Positions 19,800 through 31,124 of a stretch of DNA of 64,000 nt are shown piece after piece. The notes beneath the pieces are model-generated. The model ran no database searches. It saw only the letters and a program-made list of their open reading frames with translations, and was not told the DNA's origin. Position 1 is the first letter of the stretch, and each line of letters begins with the position of its first letter. The stretch comes from Candidatus Nomurabacteria bacterium. GTDB lineage: Bacteria > Patescibacteriota > Minisyncoccia > Phycocordibacterales > UBA9973. The position numbers and the translations under genes are program-made. The stretch is taken from contig JAIOPO010000001.1 in the NCBI GenBank assembly GCA_021413905.1, positions 9,159-73,158 on the forward strand. The letters are read 5' to 3'.

Positions 19800-21041
19800 T
19801 TATTTTTTAATTAAATTAAGACTATAATTTTGATTTAACAAGACATTTTTTATTGTAATGATTGCCTCACCGAAAAATCTATCTTTTTGTTGATTGAACA
19901 TTTTTTTTGAAATATTTTTATTTTGGACAATATCTAAAATATGCAAATTTGAATTGTCTGGAAAACCTCCTGTCGTTAGGGCTCCAGCGGGGGATTTAAA
20001 TATTTTGTATTTTTTAAGAAAAGATAGTTTGGAAAATTTATCTCTGTATAATGGCAAATATTCAATTTGAGCAAAAGAGCCAAAACATTGGAATTTATTT
20101 AAAAAGGAAAAAATTAAAAAACCAATTACTAATCCGGGACATAAATTGTTTTCTAGTTCTTTTTTTAAATTTTCAGGATTTAATTCTATTTTTCTGTTTT
20201 CACTTTCCAAGTATCCATCTTTTAAATAAAAACTTTCCATTGTTTTGTATTTTCCTTTTTCTACCATTCCGTAAAAAAATACCATTTCTTTGAATTCTTT
20301 TATGGTCTCATTTCTTTCTTTTTTTGAAAATAACAATTTGTGTATAGGGTGATCGTTGTCTTTTATTATTAAGATTAAATAATTAGTTACGACTTCATTA
20401 AAATCAAAAAAAACTGTTTTTCCATTTAAAAATTTACTTTCAAGTTTTTTTGAAGATTCCAACGCCCATTTTGTATATGAATCATTTTCTTTAAATTCCG
20501 GTAATATTTTAGTAAATTCTTTTGGTAGGGAGTTTATAACTTCTTTCATCTTTTTTGGTATTTTGTTTCGATAAACCAATTCGTCTTGCATTAATGATGG
20601 CATAAGATTGATATCTTCATTTTTACTGCAAAGTCTACCTGGTCTAGTTTTATTTGAGAAAGGGACTCCTGAAAACATTGCAACTCCGAAATAGTCTTTA
20701 CTTGTTAAAGATAGGGAAGCTAGCCAATTTATGAAAAAAAATCTTGGTTTACCTGCGGGTGATATATGAGGTCCAGTTTGGATATTCCTGTTTTGTTCAA
20801 AATATCTTATTATTTTAGATATCTCTATTTTTTTATATTCTAAACGTAATAACTCTTGTGTTAATGCTTTTTTAAAAAATTCTTCGAGCGAACCATTGGC
20901 TTTGTATGAATTTAAATATTTTGAATATTCGAGCATAGTTTTGTCCCAATTTTGTTCTATTGCTCTAGCTAGATATAATTTCTCTTCTCTTTTAAGGTTG
21001 AGTATTATCGATTTTACCTCTTTTTTTAAGTCTTTCAGCAT
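19800..21041 (-). CDS. Hypothetical protein (413 aa)
   Basis: Long ORF co-oriented with the Mur ligase; motif-like segments QTGPH, FSGVPFSN..RPG, FGSFAQIEYL. Confidence 0.7.
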   Translation of the reverse strand: MLKDLKKEVKSIILNLKREEKLYLARAIEQNWDKTMLEYSKYLNSYKANGSLEEFFKKALTQELLRLEYKKIEISKIIRYFEQNRNIQTGPHISPAGKPRFFFINWLASLSLTSKDYFGVAMFSGVPFSNKTRPGRLCSKNEDINLMPSLMQDELVYRNKIPKKMKEVINSLPKEFTKILPEFKENDSYTKWALESSKKLESKFLNGKTVFFDFNEVVTNYLILIIKDNDHPIHKLLFSKKERNETIKEFKEMVFFYGMVEKGKYKTMESFYLKDGYLESENRKIELNPENLKKELENNLCPGLVIGFLIFSFLNKFQCFGSFAQIEYLPLYRDKFSKLSFLKKYKIFKSPAGALTTGGFPDNSNLHILDIVQNKNISKKMFNQQKDRFFGEAIITIKNVLLNQNYSLNLIKK

Positions 21042-21338
21042 TTATCTATATTACTTTGGTTTGTCTTTGTTTGCAAATGGTAAATTTGTTGTCCACATAG
21101 CTAAAATTATCCATATTTTGGTGTATTTTGTCAAATAGGAACAGGGGAAATATCCTTATTTTACAAGGTTTTTTTGATTTGACATATGAAAAAAATGTTG
21201 TTTAACTATTGACTTTTAATTCAGAGTATGCTAGACTATACATATGTCCTTAGTAATAGGCTATTAGCTTTATTAATAAGGACTTTCCAGTTTAAGCTAA
21301 TTTGGCTTATGAGTTTAGCGGAGCAGAACCGCGTTATT

Positions 21339-21962
21339 ATGAAAAACAAAACATTAATACGATTCCTGGAGTCCTTTGTTTTATTGCCAGTAATCACGAC
21401 ATCAATGCCAGTTGGAAATGTTCCAATGAACAATATGAATGTTGTACCTCCACAAGTCGTATTATTACAACAAAAGAATATAGAGATTGGCGGATTTTTA
21501 GCTTTTAACCAAGTTGTTGATCCAAAAATCGAACAAATCAAAGCTCAAGGTGAAGCAATCGATGCGTATTTTAAAAAATATGATATGCCCTTGGAAGGTC
21601 TCGGTCAAAAAATGGCTGAAGAGGCTGATAAGAATGATATTGACTGGCGTCTTTTGCCTGCTATATCTGCTCGTGAATCTACGGGTGGTAAACAAGCTTG
21701 TAAAAGAGTTGCTCATAATTTCTTTGGCTGGGGTTCTTGTAAAATAGGCTTTAAGTCTGATCAAGAAGCTATTGAGGTTTTGGCTCGTAATTTGGGTGGT
21801 AATAATCCTAATACAGCACATCATTATGATGGTAAGACCAACAGAGAGATTTTACAAAAATACAATCCTCCGTCTATTGTTCCTCGTTATGCGGATCAGG
21901 TTATAAAAATCATGAATGAAATCGGGGATGTTGATTTAGGAGTAGAGACTGTAAATAGTTAA
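21339..21962 (+). CDS. Secreted lysozyme/glucosaminidase-like cell-wall hydrolase
   Basis: IDWRLLPAISARESTGGK, NFFGWG, YNP, YA..V motifs; N-terminal signal; start MKNKT. Confidence 0.75.
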   Translation: MKNKTLIRFLESFVLLPVITTSMPVGNVPMNNMNVVPPQVVLLQQKNIEIGGFLAFNQVVDPKIEQIKAQGEAIDAYFKKYDMPLEGLGQKMAEEADKNDIDWRLLPAISARESTGGKQACKRVAHNFFGWGSCKIGFKSDQEAIEVLARNLGGNNPNTAHHYDGKTNREILQKYNPPSIVPRYADQVIKIMNEIGDVDLGVETVNS

Positions 21963-21971
21963 AAATTGATT

Positions 21972-22021
21972 AAAATACAAAATGCCCCGCGACCATATGG
22001 TCGCGGGGCATTTTGTATTTT
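21972..22021. terminator. Bidirectional terminator, perfect 50-bp palindrome
   Basis: AAAATACAAAATGCCCCGCGACCAT|ATGGTCGCGGGGCATTTTGTATTTT between convergent genes. Confidence 0.85.
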
Positions 22022-22028
22022 TTCTAAC

Positions 22029-23129
22029 TTATTCCAAATGCAACAATGTCATTTTTTGATCTTTTGGTTCAAAAAGAGTTATTTGAAAATTGTAAGTTTT
22101 TCCAAGTTCCAATTTTTCATGAAGCTTTGCTTCAGAACCGAAAGTAGAATTGTGAACAAGTCCAGCCACGCCTTCTTTGATAGATACCAATGCGCCGTGT
22201 TTATTGTATTTAATCACAACACCTTTGATAATATCTCCTTTTTTCAATTTACCTTCGTATTCTTTCCAAGGGTTTTCCTTTAAAGCTTTGATAGAAAGAG
22301 AAATCTTGCCGTCTTTTATTTCAATAACTTTCGCACGGATAGGGTCGCCAACTTTAAACATTGAACGAGGATCTTCCACTAAGCCCCAATCAAGTTCAGA
22401 AATGTGAACTAATCCTTCTAATTTATCTTCAAGTTTCAAGAATACTCCGAAATCTACGATACCGGCAATTGTACAATCAATTTCATCTCCAATATTGTAT
22501 TTACTTAAAATTTCTTTTTTCTCATCAGGGTTGTTGTCTTTTTCAGAAAAGATAAGTTTGCCTTCTTTTGGTAAAGTCGAAATCATCATTACAGATATTT
22601 TTTGACCTACCAATTTTTTCAATTCTTTCAAGATTTTATCTTTATCAGAATCCAATACACGAGGATAATGATCTGCTTTTAATTGAGAAGCAGGCAAGAA
22701 TCCTTGTATGCCTTGCCATTCTAAAATGAGTCCTCCTTTGTTTGCATCTTTGATCTCCAAATCCATTATAGTCTTTGATTTGATAGCTTTTTCAGCTTCA
22801 GACCAGATAAGAGCTTGTTTTGCTTCTTTCAAGGAAAGCTCCACATATCCGTCTTCATTTTCAACTTCGACTACTTTAGCTTTGATTAAGTCTCCAGCAT
22901 TTATCTTCTTTATGATGTCTTTTGCATTTATGAATTCACGACCATAAATGATACCTGTGCCAAAAGGCGCAAGATCTACATATACAGATGATTTTTTTAT
23001 TAAAATCACTGGTCCTTCTACTAATGCATCGACTTCGAGTTTTACAGCACTACGATCTACTATTGATTTTAAAACTTTGTTTTCGTTTTCATCAATAGTT
23101 ATTACTTCTTCTTTTAATGATTTTTTCAT
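22029..23129 (-). CDS. rpsA: 30S ribosomal protein S1 (4 S1 domains)
   Basis: ANKGGL, GFLPASQL, DFGVF, EGLVHISELDW, ISLSIKAL..NPW. Confidence 0.9.
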   Translation of the reverse strand: MKKSLKEEVITIDENENKVLKSIVDRSAVKLEVDALVEGPVILIKKSSVYVDLAPFGTGIIYGREFINAKDIIKKINAGDLIKAKVVEVENEDGYVELSLKEAKQALIWSEAEKAIKSKTIMDLEIKDANKGGLILEWQGIQGFLPASQLKADHYPRVLDSDKDKILKELKKLVGQKISVMMISTLPKEGKLIFSEKDNNPDEKKEILSKYNIGDEIDCTIAGIVDFGVFLKLEDKLEGLVHISELDWGLVEDPRSMFKVGDPIRAKVIEIKDGKISLSIKALKENPWKEYEGKLKKGDIIKGVVIKYNKHGALVSIKEGVAGLVHNSTFGSEAKLHEKLELGKTYNFQITLFEPKDQKMTLLHLE

Positions 23130-23176
23130 AATTTAATTAAAAAATCCGCGTGAAAGCGGATTGTAAGGCTTAGGTT

Positions 23177-23196
23177 TCCTTCGCTTGCGCTCAGGA
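23177..23196. repeat. REP-like hairpin TCCTTCGCTTGCGCTCAGGA
   Basis: Same CCTTCG...GCTCAGG pattern as the uvrC and lepA inserts; lies in the rpsA leader. Confidence 0.45.
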
Positions 23197-23319
23197 GGTT
23201 ACCCCAAATCCATGCTTTTAATATATATAGCCCTATTAGGCTTATGTTTTATACATTACTATAAAATAAACAAAAATGCAAACTTTGTATTTAGATTTTT
23301 TTTTGCTATAATTCAAGTT

Positions 23320-23946
23320 ATGATAATAACATATTTCGGAAAACAATTTTTTAAGATAAGCCAAGGGGAGATGGTACTCGCTTTTAATCCTGTTTCAAAG
23401 AATTCAAAATCAGGAATTTCCGCAAAATTTGGTGCAGATATCGCATTGATTACAACCAATCATTCGGATTATAACGGCATTGAACAACTCTCACATGGCG
23501 AGCGTGTTCCTTTTGCAATTACCGGACCTGGAGATTATGAAGTAAAAGAAATTTTTGTGAAAGGACTAATGTCTAATTCTGCCATAGACAATAAGAAATA
23601 CATAAATACTATTTATTCTCTTATTGTTGATAATATTCATATTGTCTTTTTGGGAGCTTTGTCTGATGCTGAAATTTCCAAAGAAGCGCGTGAAGCTATC
23701 GGTGATCCGGATATTCTTTTTGTTCCTGTTGGTGGTAATGGTTTACTTGATGCAAAAGCTTCTGCTAAATTAGCTTCTTCTCTGGAACCAAAAATGATAA
23801 TACCTATGGATTATGATAGTTCTTCTTTAAAGTTATTCTTAAAAGAAATGGGTGATGAAAAACCAGAAACATTAGAAAAGTTGACATTAAAAAGAAAAGA
23901 TTTAGATGGTAAAGAAGGTGAGGTTGTCGTATTGCAATATGAATAA
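23320..23946 (+). CDS. MBL-fold metallo-hydrolase (lactamase B-like)
   Basis: MIITYFG..FFKI, ADIALIT..H.D.N, GPGDYEV, DILFVPVGG, PKMIIPM. Confidence 0.8.
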   Translation: MIITYFGKQFFKISQGEMVLAFNPVSKNSKSGISAKFGADIALITTNHSDYNGIEQLSHGERVPFAITGPGDYEVKEIFVKGLMSNSAIDNKKYINTIYSLIVDNIHIVFLGALSDAEISKEAREAIGDPDILFVPVGGNGLLDAKASAKLASSLEPKMIIPMDYDSSSLKLFLKEMGDEKPETLEKLTLKRKDLDGKEGEVVVLQYE

Positions 23947-23957
23947 TTTTTTAAAAA

Positions 23958-24185
23958 ATGAAAGATTCTATTAAAAAAGCTGTATATCATTTAAGAAAGC
24001 AACCACTTGAACACAAGAGGCATATTTTAAACATTTTTATTTTTATTGCCATAGTTATAATGGTTTTGCTTTATATTTTAAGTTTAAGTTTTAGATTTAA
24101 CAGTATGGAAACAAAAATAAAAATTAAAAATGACATGAAGCCTTTTTCAACATTAAAAGAAAATATATCTGATACAATAAAATAA
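23958..24185 (+). CDS. Small hypothetical membrane protein
   Basis: Single TM segment; directly upstream of gyrA. Confidence 0.6.
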   Translation: MKDSIKKAVYHLRKQPLEHKRHILNIFIFIAIVIMVLLYILSLSFRFNSMETKIKIKNDMKPFSTLKENISDTIK

Positions 24186-24186
24186 T

Positions 24187-26652
24187 ATGGCTAAAAAAAA
24201 TATACAACCAATTGAAGAAGAAAATCCTCGCACAGATGGTGTGATACCGATAGATGTCGTGACAGAAATGAAAGAATCTTATCTCGCTTATGCGATGTCT
24301 GTTATTACTGCGCGTGCATTGCCGGATGTCAGAGATGGTTTGAAACCAGTGCATCGCAGAATTTTATTTGCAATGAATGAAATGGGGTTGACATCTTCCG
24401 CAAGATTTCGAAAGTCAGCAGCAGTGGTGGGAGATGTGCTTGGAAAATATCATCCTCACGGAGATGTGGCTGTGTATGATTCTATGGTGGGTATGGCGCA
24501 AGAATTTTCTTATCGTTATCCTCTTATTTTAGGACAAGGAAACTTTGGTTCTATTGATGGCGATAATGCCGCAGCGATGCGTTATACGGAAGCAAAAATG
24601 TCCAAGATTTCCAATGAACTTTTGCGTGATTTAGAAAAAGAAACAATTGATTTTAGACCAAACTATGATCAGACACGCAAAGAGCCGATAGTGCTTCCTT
24701 CTGCTGTGCCTGCACTTCTTTTGAATGGTACACTCGGTATTGCTGTTGGTATGGCGACAAATATCCCTTCACACAATTTAGCGGAAGTATTGGACGCAAC
24801 TAATTATTTAATTGAAAATGAAGATGCTACTACTGAAGATTTAATGCAATTTGTAAAAGGTCCTGATTTTCCAACAGGGGGAATTGCTTATGGTAATAAA
24901 GATATGTTGCACGCTTATTCTACTGGACGTGGTGGCGTTGTTTGTCGTGGTGAAGCAGAAATAATCGAACAAAAAGGGGGAGTATATCAAATAATCATAA
25001 CTTCTATTCCTTTTAGAGTTAATAAATCAAATTTGATAATGTCTATCGCTGAACTTGTGCAAGAGAAAAAACTCGAAGGAATAAAAGGATTAAGAGACGA
25101 ATCCACAAAAGATATTCGTATCGTTATAGATTTGAAAGGTGGGGCTTATCCGGAAAAAGTTTTAAATTATATTTATAAAAATACACAATTAGAACAAAAC
25201 TTTAATTTCAATATGGTGGCTTTGGTTGATGGAGTACCACAAACACTTTCTTTGAAATCAATTCTTGTAGAATTTATTGGTCACAGAAAAGAAGTTGTAA
25301 AAAGAAGAAGTTTGTATGATTTACGTAAAGCCGAAGAAAGAGAACATATACTTCTAGGTTTGAAAAAAGCATTGGATTTTATTGATAAGGTTATCAAAAC
25401 TATTCGCGCATCCAAAGATGGCGCAACAGCAAAACTCGCTTTGATGAAAGAATTTAAGTTTTCTGATTTACAAGCGCAGGCTATTCTAGATATGAAATTA
25501 CAGAAATTAGCAGGTCTTGAAAGAAAACTCATTGAAGAAGAATTGAAAGAGAAACAAGCTTTTATTAAAGCAATAAAAGAATTGCTCGCAAGTCCAAAGA
25601 AAATGTTGAAAGTTATTGCTGATGAATTAAAGGAAATTCGTGAAAAATACGCAGATGAAAGAAGAACAAAAATTATCAAAGCGGGTAAAAAAGAAATATC
25701 CGATGAAGATTTGATTCCAGACAAAGAAACTATGCTCGTTTTTACTGCTGGTGGATATGTAAAACGCACAGACCCTGCTGAATATCGTTCTCAGAAACGC
25801 GGTGGTGTAGGTGTTGTTGACCTTGAAACAAAAGAAGAAGATTTTGTAACTATGCTTGTTTCTGGTTCTACACACAATGATTTATTATTCTTTACTAATT
25901 TAGGTAAAGCGTATCAAATAAAAATGTATGATATTCCAGAAGGACGCAGAGCGACAAAAGGTAAATCAATTATGAATTTCTTGTCTCTTTCTGGTGAGGA
26001 AAAAGTTACTTCTATTTTGCCGATGCCGAAAGAATTAAAAAAGAATCCGATTTCGCTTATGCTTGTTACAAAAGACGGCACAACGAAAAAAATGTCTGGT
26101 GAAGCTTTTAAAGATGTTCGTCGTAGTGGACTTATTGCTATTCGTTTAGAAAAAGGTGACGAGCTCGCTTCTGCTTTAATTACTGAAAAAGGTGACGAGG
26201 TTATGCTTGCGACATCTGAAGGTCAGTCTATTCGTTTTAAAGAGTCTGATATACGCGAAATGGGACGCACAGCAGGTGGTGTACGTGGTATGAAGCTCGG
26301 TAAAGGGGATACTATTATAGGTGTAGATGTAATAAAGAAAGAACATAAAGATGGTTCATTTTTGATAATGTCTGCAAACGGCCTAGGTAAAAAGACAGGA
26401 TTGAAAGAATATAAAGTTCAAAATCGTGGTGGTTCTGGTATTAAGACAGCAAAAGTAACTCCAAAGACAGGCAAGCTTATCGTTGCAAAAGTTATCACAG
26501 GTCAAGAAGAAGAATTGATTGCAATGTCTAAAAAAGGTCAAGTCATCCGCACAGCTTTGAAAGATATTCCATCTCTCGGTAGACAAACACAAGGTGTCAC
26601 TATTATGCGTCTTCGCGCAGGTGACGGAATTGCTTCTGTAGTTTGTGTTTAA
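24187..26652 (+). CDS. gyrA: DNA gyrase subunit A
   Basis: [29 protein letters not shown], GyrA-box-like QKRGGVG, C-terminal pinwheel repeats. Confidence 0.97.
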   Translation: MAKKNIQPIEEENPRTDGVIPIDVVTEMKESYLAYAMSVITARALPDVRDGLKPVHRRILFAMNEMGLTSSARFRKSAAVVGDVLGKYHPHGDVAVYDSMVGMAQEFSYRYPLILGQGNFGSIDGDNAAAMRYTEAKMSKISNELLRDLEKETIDFRPNYDQTRKEPIVLPSAVPALLLNGTLGIAVGMATNIPSHNLAEVLDATNYLIENEDATTEDLMQFVKGPDFPTGGIAYGNKDMLHAYSTGRGGVVCRGEAEIIEQKGGVYQIIITSIPFRVNKSNLIMSIAELVQEKKLEGIKGLRDESTKDIRIVIDLKGGAYPEKVLNYIYKNTQLEQNFNFNMVALVDGVPQTLSLKSILVEFIGHRKEVVKRRSLYDLRKAEEREHILLGLKKALDFIDKVIKTIRASKDGATAKLALMKEFKFSDLQAQAILDMKLQKLAGLERKLIEEELKEKQAFIKAIKELLASPKKMLKVIADELKEIREKYADERRTKIIKAGKKEISDEDLIPDKETMLVFTAGGYVKRTDPAEYRSQKRGGVGVVDLETKEEDFVTMLVSGSTHNDLLFFTNLGKAYQIKMYDIPEGRRATKGKSIMNFLSLSGEEKVTSILPMPKELKKNPISLMLVTKDGTTKKMSGEAFKDVRRSGLIAIRLEKGDELASALITEKGDEVMLATSEGQSIRFKESDIREMGRTAGGVRGMKLGKGDTIIGVDVIKKEHKDGSFLIMSANGLGKKTGLKEYKVQNRGGSGIKTAKVTPKTGKLIVAKVITGQEEELIAMSKKGQVIRTALKDIPSLGRQTQGVTIMRLRAGDGIASVVCV

Positions 26653-26691
26653 AAATTATTCGCTTTTTTTATTTAATGCTATAATTAAATA

Positions 26692-27216
26692 ATGTTCGCT
26701 AATCCGCTAAAAATTTTAAAACAGTTTGGTGTCGCTGATGACATGATTGTTGTTGATTTGGGTGCTGGATCTGGTTTTTATTCCATACCTTTGGCTCAAA
26801 TGGTTTCAAATGGAAAAGTTTATTCCGTTGAAATTCAAAAAGATTTTTTAAAAACAATAAAAAATAAAGCAGATGAATCAGGTCTCCATAATATAGATTT
26901 TATTTGGGGAGATGTTGAAAAAAAAGAAGGCACAAAATTAAAAAAAGAGATTGTCGATAGAGTGTTGGCTTCAAATATTTTATTTCAAATAAACGATAAA
27001 CATAAATTTGCTGATGAAATAGGTAGAATTTTGAAAAAAGGTGGAAAATTATTGTTGATAGACTGGCTAGAAGATAAAAAAATATTTAATTCAAAAGATA
27101 ATAAACATTTTGAAAAAAGAGAAGCTGTAGCTTTTTTTGGAGAAAAAGGTTTTATCTTAGAAAGAGAAATAGACGTGGGAGGGCATCATTATGGTATTAT
27201 ATTAATAAAGAAATAA
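26692..27216 (+). CDS. Class I SAM-dependent methyltransferase
   Basis: VVDLGAGSG motif I, VEIQ, RILKKGG. Confidence 0.85.
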   Translation: MFANPLKILKQFGVADDMIVVDLGAGSGFYSIPLAQMVSNGKVYSVEIQKDFLKTIKNKADESGLHNIDFIWGDVEKKEGTKLKKEIVDRVLASNILFQINDKHKFADEIGRILKKGGKLLLIDWLEDKKIFNSKDNKHFEKREAVAFFGEKGFILEREIDVGGHHYGIILIKK

Positions 27217-27217
27217 T

Positions 27218-28504
27218 ATGAAAGGAAATTTTCAAAATATATTTTTAGCTATATTCATTGCCGGAGGAATTTTAGGTGTTTTAGTTTTTTCAGGAACTAT
27301 ACCTATAGGTAAAAAAAATTCTCTAGGCGGTCAAGGAACTGTTGTATTGTGGGGTACAATTAATCAACAGTTGATTTTACCAGCAGTGGATGATTTTAAT
27401 CGTGTTAATACTGATTTTGTTTTAAAATATGTTCAAAAAGATCCAGTTACTTTTGATCAGGATTTATTAGAAGCATTAGCTTCTGGCAATGGTCCAGATT
27501 TGTTTTTTTTGCCTGATAATTTAATTCATCATTATCAAAATAGAATATTAACGATACCATATACAAGCTTACCTATTGCTACATTTAAAACTTCTTTTGT
27601 TGGTGCTAGTGATGTATTTTTGAGTTCAAAAGGTATAACAGCATTGCCTTTGTATGTAGATCCTATGGTTATGTATTACAATCGTAGTATTTTAGATGCA
27701 AATAATATAGTTAATCCTCCTGCAACATGGGATGAGTTGCAAAATCTTATTCCTGTTTTAACTAAAAAAGATCAAAATAATAAAATAATAAAAAGTGCTG
27801 TGGCCTTGGGTCAATTTTCAAATATTTCACATGCAAAAGATATAATTTCAACTTTATTTATGCAAGCAGGTAATTCAATTGTTGCAGAGCAAAATGGTTT
27901 ATATTATTCAAGTTTAGCCAGTGGCCCAGTTTCTTTAGATTCTTTTTTGAAATTTTATACAGATTTTGCTAATCCTTTGAATACATCTTATTCATGGAAT
28001 AAATCTCTGCCTGTGTCTATTAATTCTTTTAGTTCAGAAGATGTTGCTTTTTATTTTGGTTATTCAAGCGAATTGCCTGTTTTGGTTAATAAAAATCCAA
28101 ATCAAAATTTTCTAGTAGCTCCTATGCCTCAATTTAAAAATTCTAAAACAAAAGTGACTTTTGGTCATGTAACAGGTGTTGCTATATCTTCTGCTTCAAA
28201 AAATTCTACAGCAGCTTTTACTGTAGCTGGTATTTTAACAAATGGCACTTTCTTTAGTAAAATTTTCGGTCAACTTTCTGTAGTACCAGCCAGAAGAGAT
28301 CTTTTGACTGTAAAACCTACCGATGCATATTTTCCGATTTTCTATTCTTCTGCTTTATTCGCTAAAAGCTGGTCAGATCCTTCTACTTTAGATACCGATA
28401 TTATTTTTCAGGGCATGATAGATAATATATTGTCAGGTAATATGGTCATATCAAATGCTTTGAGTGATGCTTCCATGAAATTAAGTCTTTTATTAGCAAA
28501 ATAA
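27218..28504 (+). CDS. Extracellular solute-binding protein (family 1-like)
   Basis: N-terminal anchor, LASGNGPDLF, ALP..VD..VMYYN, PPATWDEL. Confidence 0.8.
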   Translation: MKGNFQNIFLAIFIAGGILGVLVFSGTIPIGKKNSLGGQGTVVLWGTINQQLILPAVDDFNRVNTDFVLKYVQKDPVTFDQDLLEALASGNGPDLFFLPDNLIHHYQNRILTIPYTSLPIATFKTSFVGASDVFLSSKGITALPLYVDPMVMYYNRSILDANNIVNPPATWDELQNLIPVLTKKDQNNKIIKSAVALGQFSNISHAKDIISTLFMQAGNSIVAEQNGLYYSSLASGPVSLDSFLKFYTDFANPLNTSYSWNKSLPVSINSFSSEDVAFYFGYSSELPVLVNKNPNQNFLVAPMPQFKNSKTKVTFGHVTGVAISSASKNSTAAFTVAGILTNGTFFSKIFGQLSVVPARRDLLTVKPTDAYFPIFYSSALFAKSWSDPSTLDTDIIFQGMIDNILSGNMVISNALSDASMKLSLLLAK

Positions 28505-28510
28505 ATTTTA

Positions 28511-30364
28511 ATGAATAAATTTAAATCAATAATAAATATTTCAATACTTTCTGTTTTTGTTTTATTGCCTTTTGTTTCTTTTGCAGCTTTGCCAATAGCT
28601 GTCACAAAACCGCCTTCAGATATTCAAAATGATTCTGCTGTTTTAAACGGCTCCGCACAACCAGCATCAGGAGATATATTAGACAATATTGTTTATCGTT
28701 TTCAATGGGGAGAAAATAATTCTTATGGAAATGTAACTTCTTTAATCAGTCAGCCTTTGTCAGATCATTCAGGAAATGCTTTAAATTTTTCTGAAAAAAT
28801 AAGTAATTTAAAAAATAATACAACTTACCATTATCGTGTTTTGATAAAATATATTCCAACTGGTATGACAGGAGTCGTGTCTTATTCTCAAATGAGTTCT
28901 GTTTTTGGTAATGATCAAACTTTTAAAACAGGGAATAATTCTTCTTCACAGATAAATTTAACAGCAAGTCCGGCTTCCAATATTGTAACTTTGAATGTTT
29001 ACAATTTGTCTTCTGGTAAATCTTATCGTATTGCTATTTCAGACGGTAAAACTACAAGAGATGCTATTGTAAAAGCAAATCAAAATGGTTCTTTTCAGTA
29101 TGTTTTTGATAAGTTGACTCCAAGTCAAAATTATAATGTTTTTCTCAGTGAAACAAATGATAATGGCGGAGATGTTTTAAAAACAATCAATTTCACAACT
29201 TCAACCGATAATTCTTTTTCAGAAGCAGGAACAACTTTAGTGAAAGATATTACCGCTGTATCTGCTAGTGTTTCTTCTGTTGGTCTTACTTCAGATGCTT
29301 CTTATGTTTATTCTTTGCGTTCAGATTTGGGTCGTTATGATGTTACAAAAAATGCAGATAGTGATGGAAATATAAATGCATCTTTTGATAAATTAAGTCC
29401 AAATACAAATTATACTTTATACTTGAGTAAATCTACTGATATTGCTCATTATATAGATAAAAAAGATTTTCGAACATTATCACCAATATTTTCAATAATT
29501 AGTTTTAATTCAAATTCTGTTACTTTTAAAGCTTCTGGTCTGAATGCTGTTTATCAATATATGTTTTCTGTGGTGACAGAAGTTGGTACTTTAAACAAAC
29601 AAGTTTCTCCAGAAAAAACAGGTGATGCGACAGTAACTTTTACTTTGAAACAATGCGACAAAGAACCTTGTTATAAATATAAAGCTTCTGTAAATAGGTA
29701 TATTTCAGGTGATAATACTTCTGAAAGTATAAACTTACCAGATTTATATTTTTCTTTGCCTGTTGGAGGATTCTCTGTATTAAATGTGTCTTCTAATTCA
29801 GCTACTATTGGAGGTTCTGGTCTAACTCCAAATGCAAAATATAAATTTTCATTAGTCGGTGTTCCTGATGTTGAAGCTACTGCTGATGCAAATGGTTTCG
29901 CTCAAGCAGTTTTTTCAAACCTTGCTCCGGATCATCGCTATAATGCTTTTGTTGCTTTGGTCGGCAATAATACAAATTATGTTTTAAATGGTGAAGTTAC
30001 AACTTTAGCAGAAAGTTCATCCGGGGAATCTTCTGTAAAATTTTCAGGATTAGTACCTTGTGGAACTGGTAGAAATGCTGATGGGTCTATACCTACTCCT
30101 TGTGATTTTAATTATTTAATAAAAATGATTAATATCGTTATCAACTTTATTTTAATAGCATTAGCTGTGCCTATTTCAGCTATTATGTTTGCTTATGCTG
30201 GTATTTTGATGATAGGCGCAAATGGGGAAGTTTCAAAAATAACTCAAGCAAAAAATATTTTTACAAATGTTGTGATAGGTCTTGTATTTATAGCTGGATC
30301 TTGGCTTATCATCCATGCGATATTGTCAATCTTGGGCTATGACGGTTCTTGGATTGGTTTTTAA
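28511..30364 (+). CDS. Fibronectin type III-like repeat protein with C-terminal VirB2/TrbC-like pilin domain
   Basis: Signal peptide, repeated L.P...Y FN3 ends, GLVPCG...CDF..L, two C-terminal TM helices. Confidence 0.75.
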   Translation: MNKFKSIINISILSVFVLLPFVSFAALPIAVTKPPSDIQNDSAVLNGSAQPASGDILDNIVYRFQWGENNSYGNVTSLISQPLSDHSGNALNFSEKISNLKNNTTYHYRVLIKYIPTGMTGVVSYSQMSSVFGNDQTFKTGNNSSSQINLTASPASNIVTLNVYNLSSGKSYRIAISDGKTTRDAIVKANQNGSFQYVFDKLTPSQNYNVFLSETNDNGGDVLKTINFTTSTDNSFSEAGTTLVKDITAVSASVSSVGLTSDASYVYSLRSDLGRYDVTKNADSDGNINASFDKLSPNTNYTLYLSKSTDIAHYIDKKDFRTLSPIFSIISFNSNSVTFKASGLNAVYQYMFSVVTEVGTLNKQVSPEKTGDATVTFTLKQCDKEPCYKYKASVNRYISGDNTSESINLPDLYFSLPVGGFSVLNVSSNSATIGGSGLTPNAKYKFSLVGVPDVEATADANGFAQAVFSNLAPDHRYNAFVALVGNNTNYVLNGEVTTLAESSSGESSVKFSGLVPCGTGRNADGSIPTPCDFNYLIKMINIVINFILIALAVPISAIMFAYAGILMIGANGEVSKITQAKNIFTNVVIGLVFIAGSWLIIHAILSILGYDGSWIGF

Positions 30365-30383
30365 AATGTTATATAATATAAAT

Positions 30384-30818
30384 ATGAATTCAAAAATAAA
30401 AAATCTCGTTCAAAATTTAGCAATTGGTTTGTTTATATTTACTGTGCTCCTTTTGCCTGTTTTGTCTTTTGCACAAAATGGTACTAATCCGACAGGTAAT
30501 GGTTCTGACCAAAATGGAACTAATCCAGTAGGTCAAAATGGGACTAATTCTGGAGATGGCAAAATAGTGAATCCTATAAAAACAGATAATATTGCTGATT
30601 TTATAAAAACAATATTAGAAGGAGTTTTAAGAATAGGCATGCCTATAATAGCTTTGGCTATTATTTATTGTGGTTTTCTTTTTGTTCAAGCTCGTGGCAA
30701 TCCAGAGGCCATCACCAAAGCCCGCGAGTCTCTTATTTATACACTTATCGGAGCAGCGATACTGTTAGGGTCGTGGACTATCGCACAACTTATTACTGAA
30801 ACTGTTAAAAGTTTGTAA
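30384..30818 (+). CDS. VirB2/TrbC-like pilin with QNGTN repeats
   Basis: NPI, IIYCGFLFVQARGNPE.I.KAR..L.Y..IG; three QNGTN repeats. Confidence 0.8.
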   Translation: MNSKIKNLVQNLAIGLFIFTVLLLPVLSFAQNGTNPTGNGSDQNGTNPVGQNGTNSGDGKIVNPIKTDNIADFIKTILEGVLRIGMPIIALAIIYCGFLFVQARGNPEAITKARESLIYTLIGAAILLGSWTIAQLITETVKSL

Positions 30819-30824
30819 AATATT

Positions 30825-31124
30825 ATGGGAAGTATATGTAGTTTAGTTAATCCAAAAATAGGTGATTTGTTTAATTATGGTACTTGTATTATTACAAAAT
30901 CCGTAGTACCTTTGATTTTTGCTTTAGCCTTTGTTGTGTTTATTTGGGGTGTTGTTCAATTTATTATGAATAGCGACCAAGAAGCTAAAAAAGAACAAGG
31001 TAAACAATTCATGGTTTGGGGTATTATTGCTCTAACTGTTATGTTTTCGGTTTGGGGTTTGGTTAGTATATTGAATAATACTTTCGGTATAAAAACAGTT
31101 ATTCCACAGTTACAGACTCAATAA
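30825..31124 (+). CDS. VirB2/TrbC-like pilin
   Basis: FIWGVV.FI...KKEQGKQFMVWGIIAL.VM.SVWGLV. Confidence 0.8.
   Translation: MGSICSLVNPKIGDLFNYGTCIITKSVVPLIFALAFVVFIWGVVQFIMNSDQEAKKEQGKQFMVWGIIALTVMFSVWGLVSILNNTFGIKTVIPQLQTQ

Noticed and set aside
21972-22021. Perfect 50-bp palindrome with a CCATATGG centre as a possible member of the transposase repeat family
   Set aside because: The arms are unrelated to that repeat; position and A/T tails fit a bidirectional terminator.
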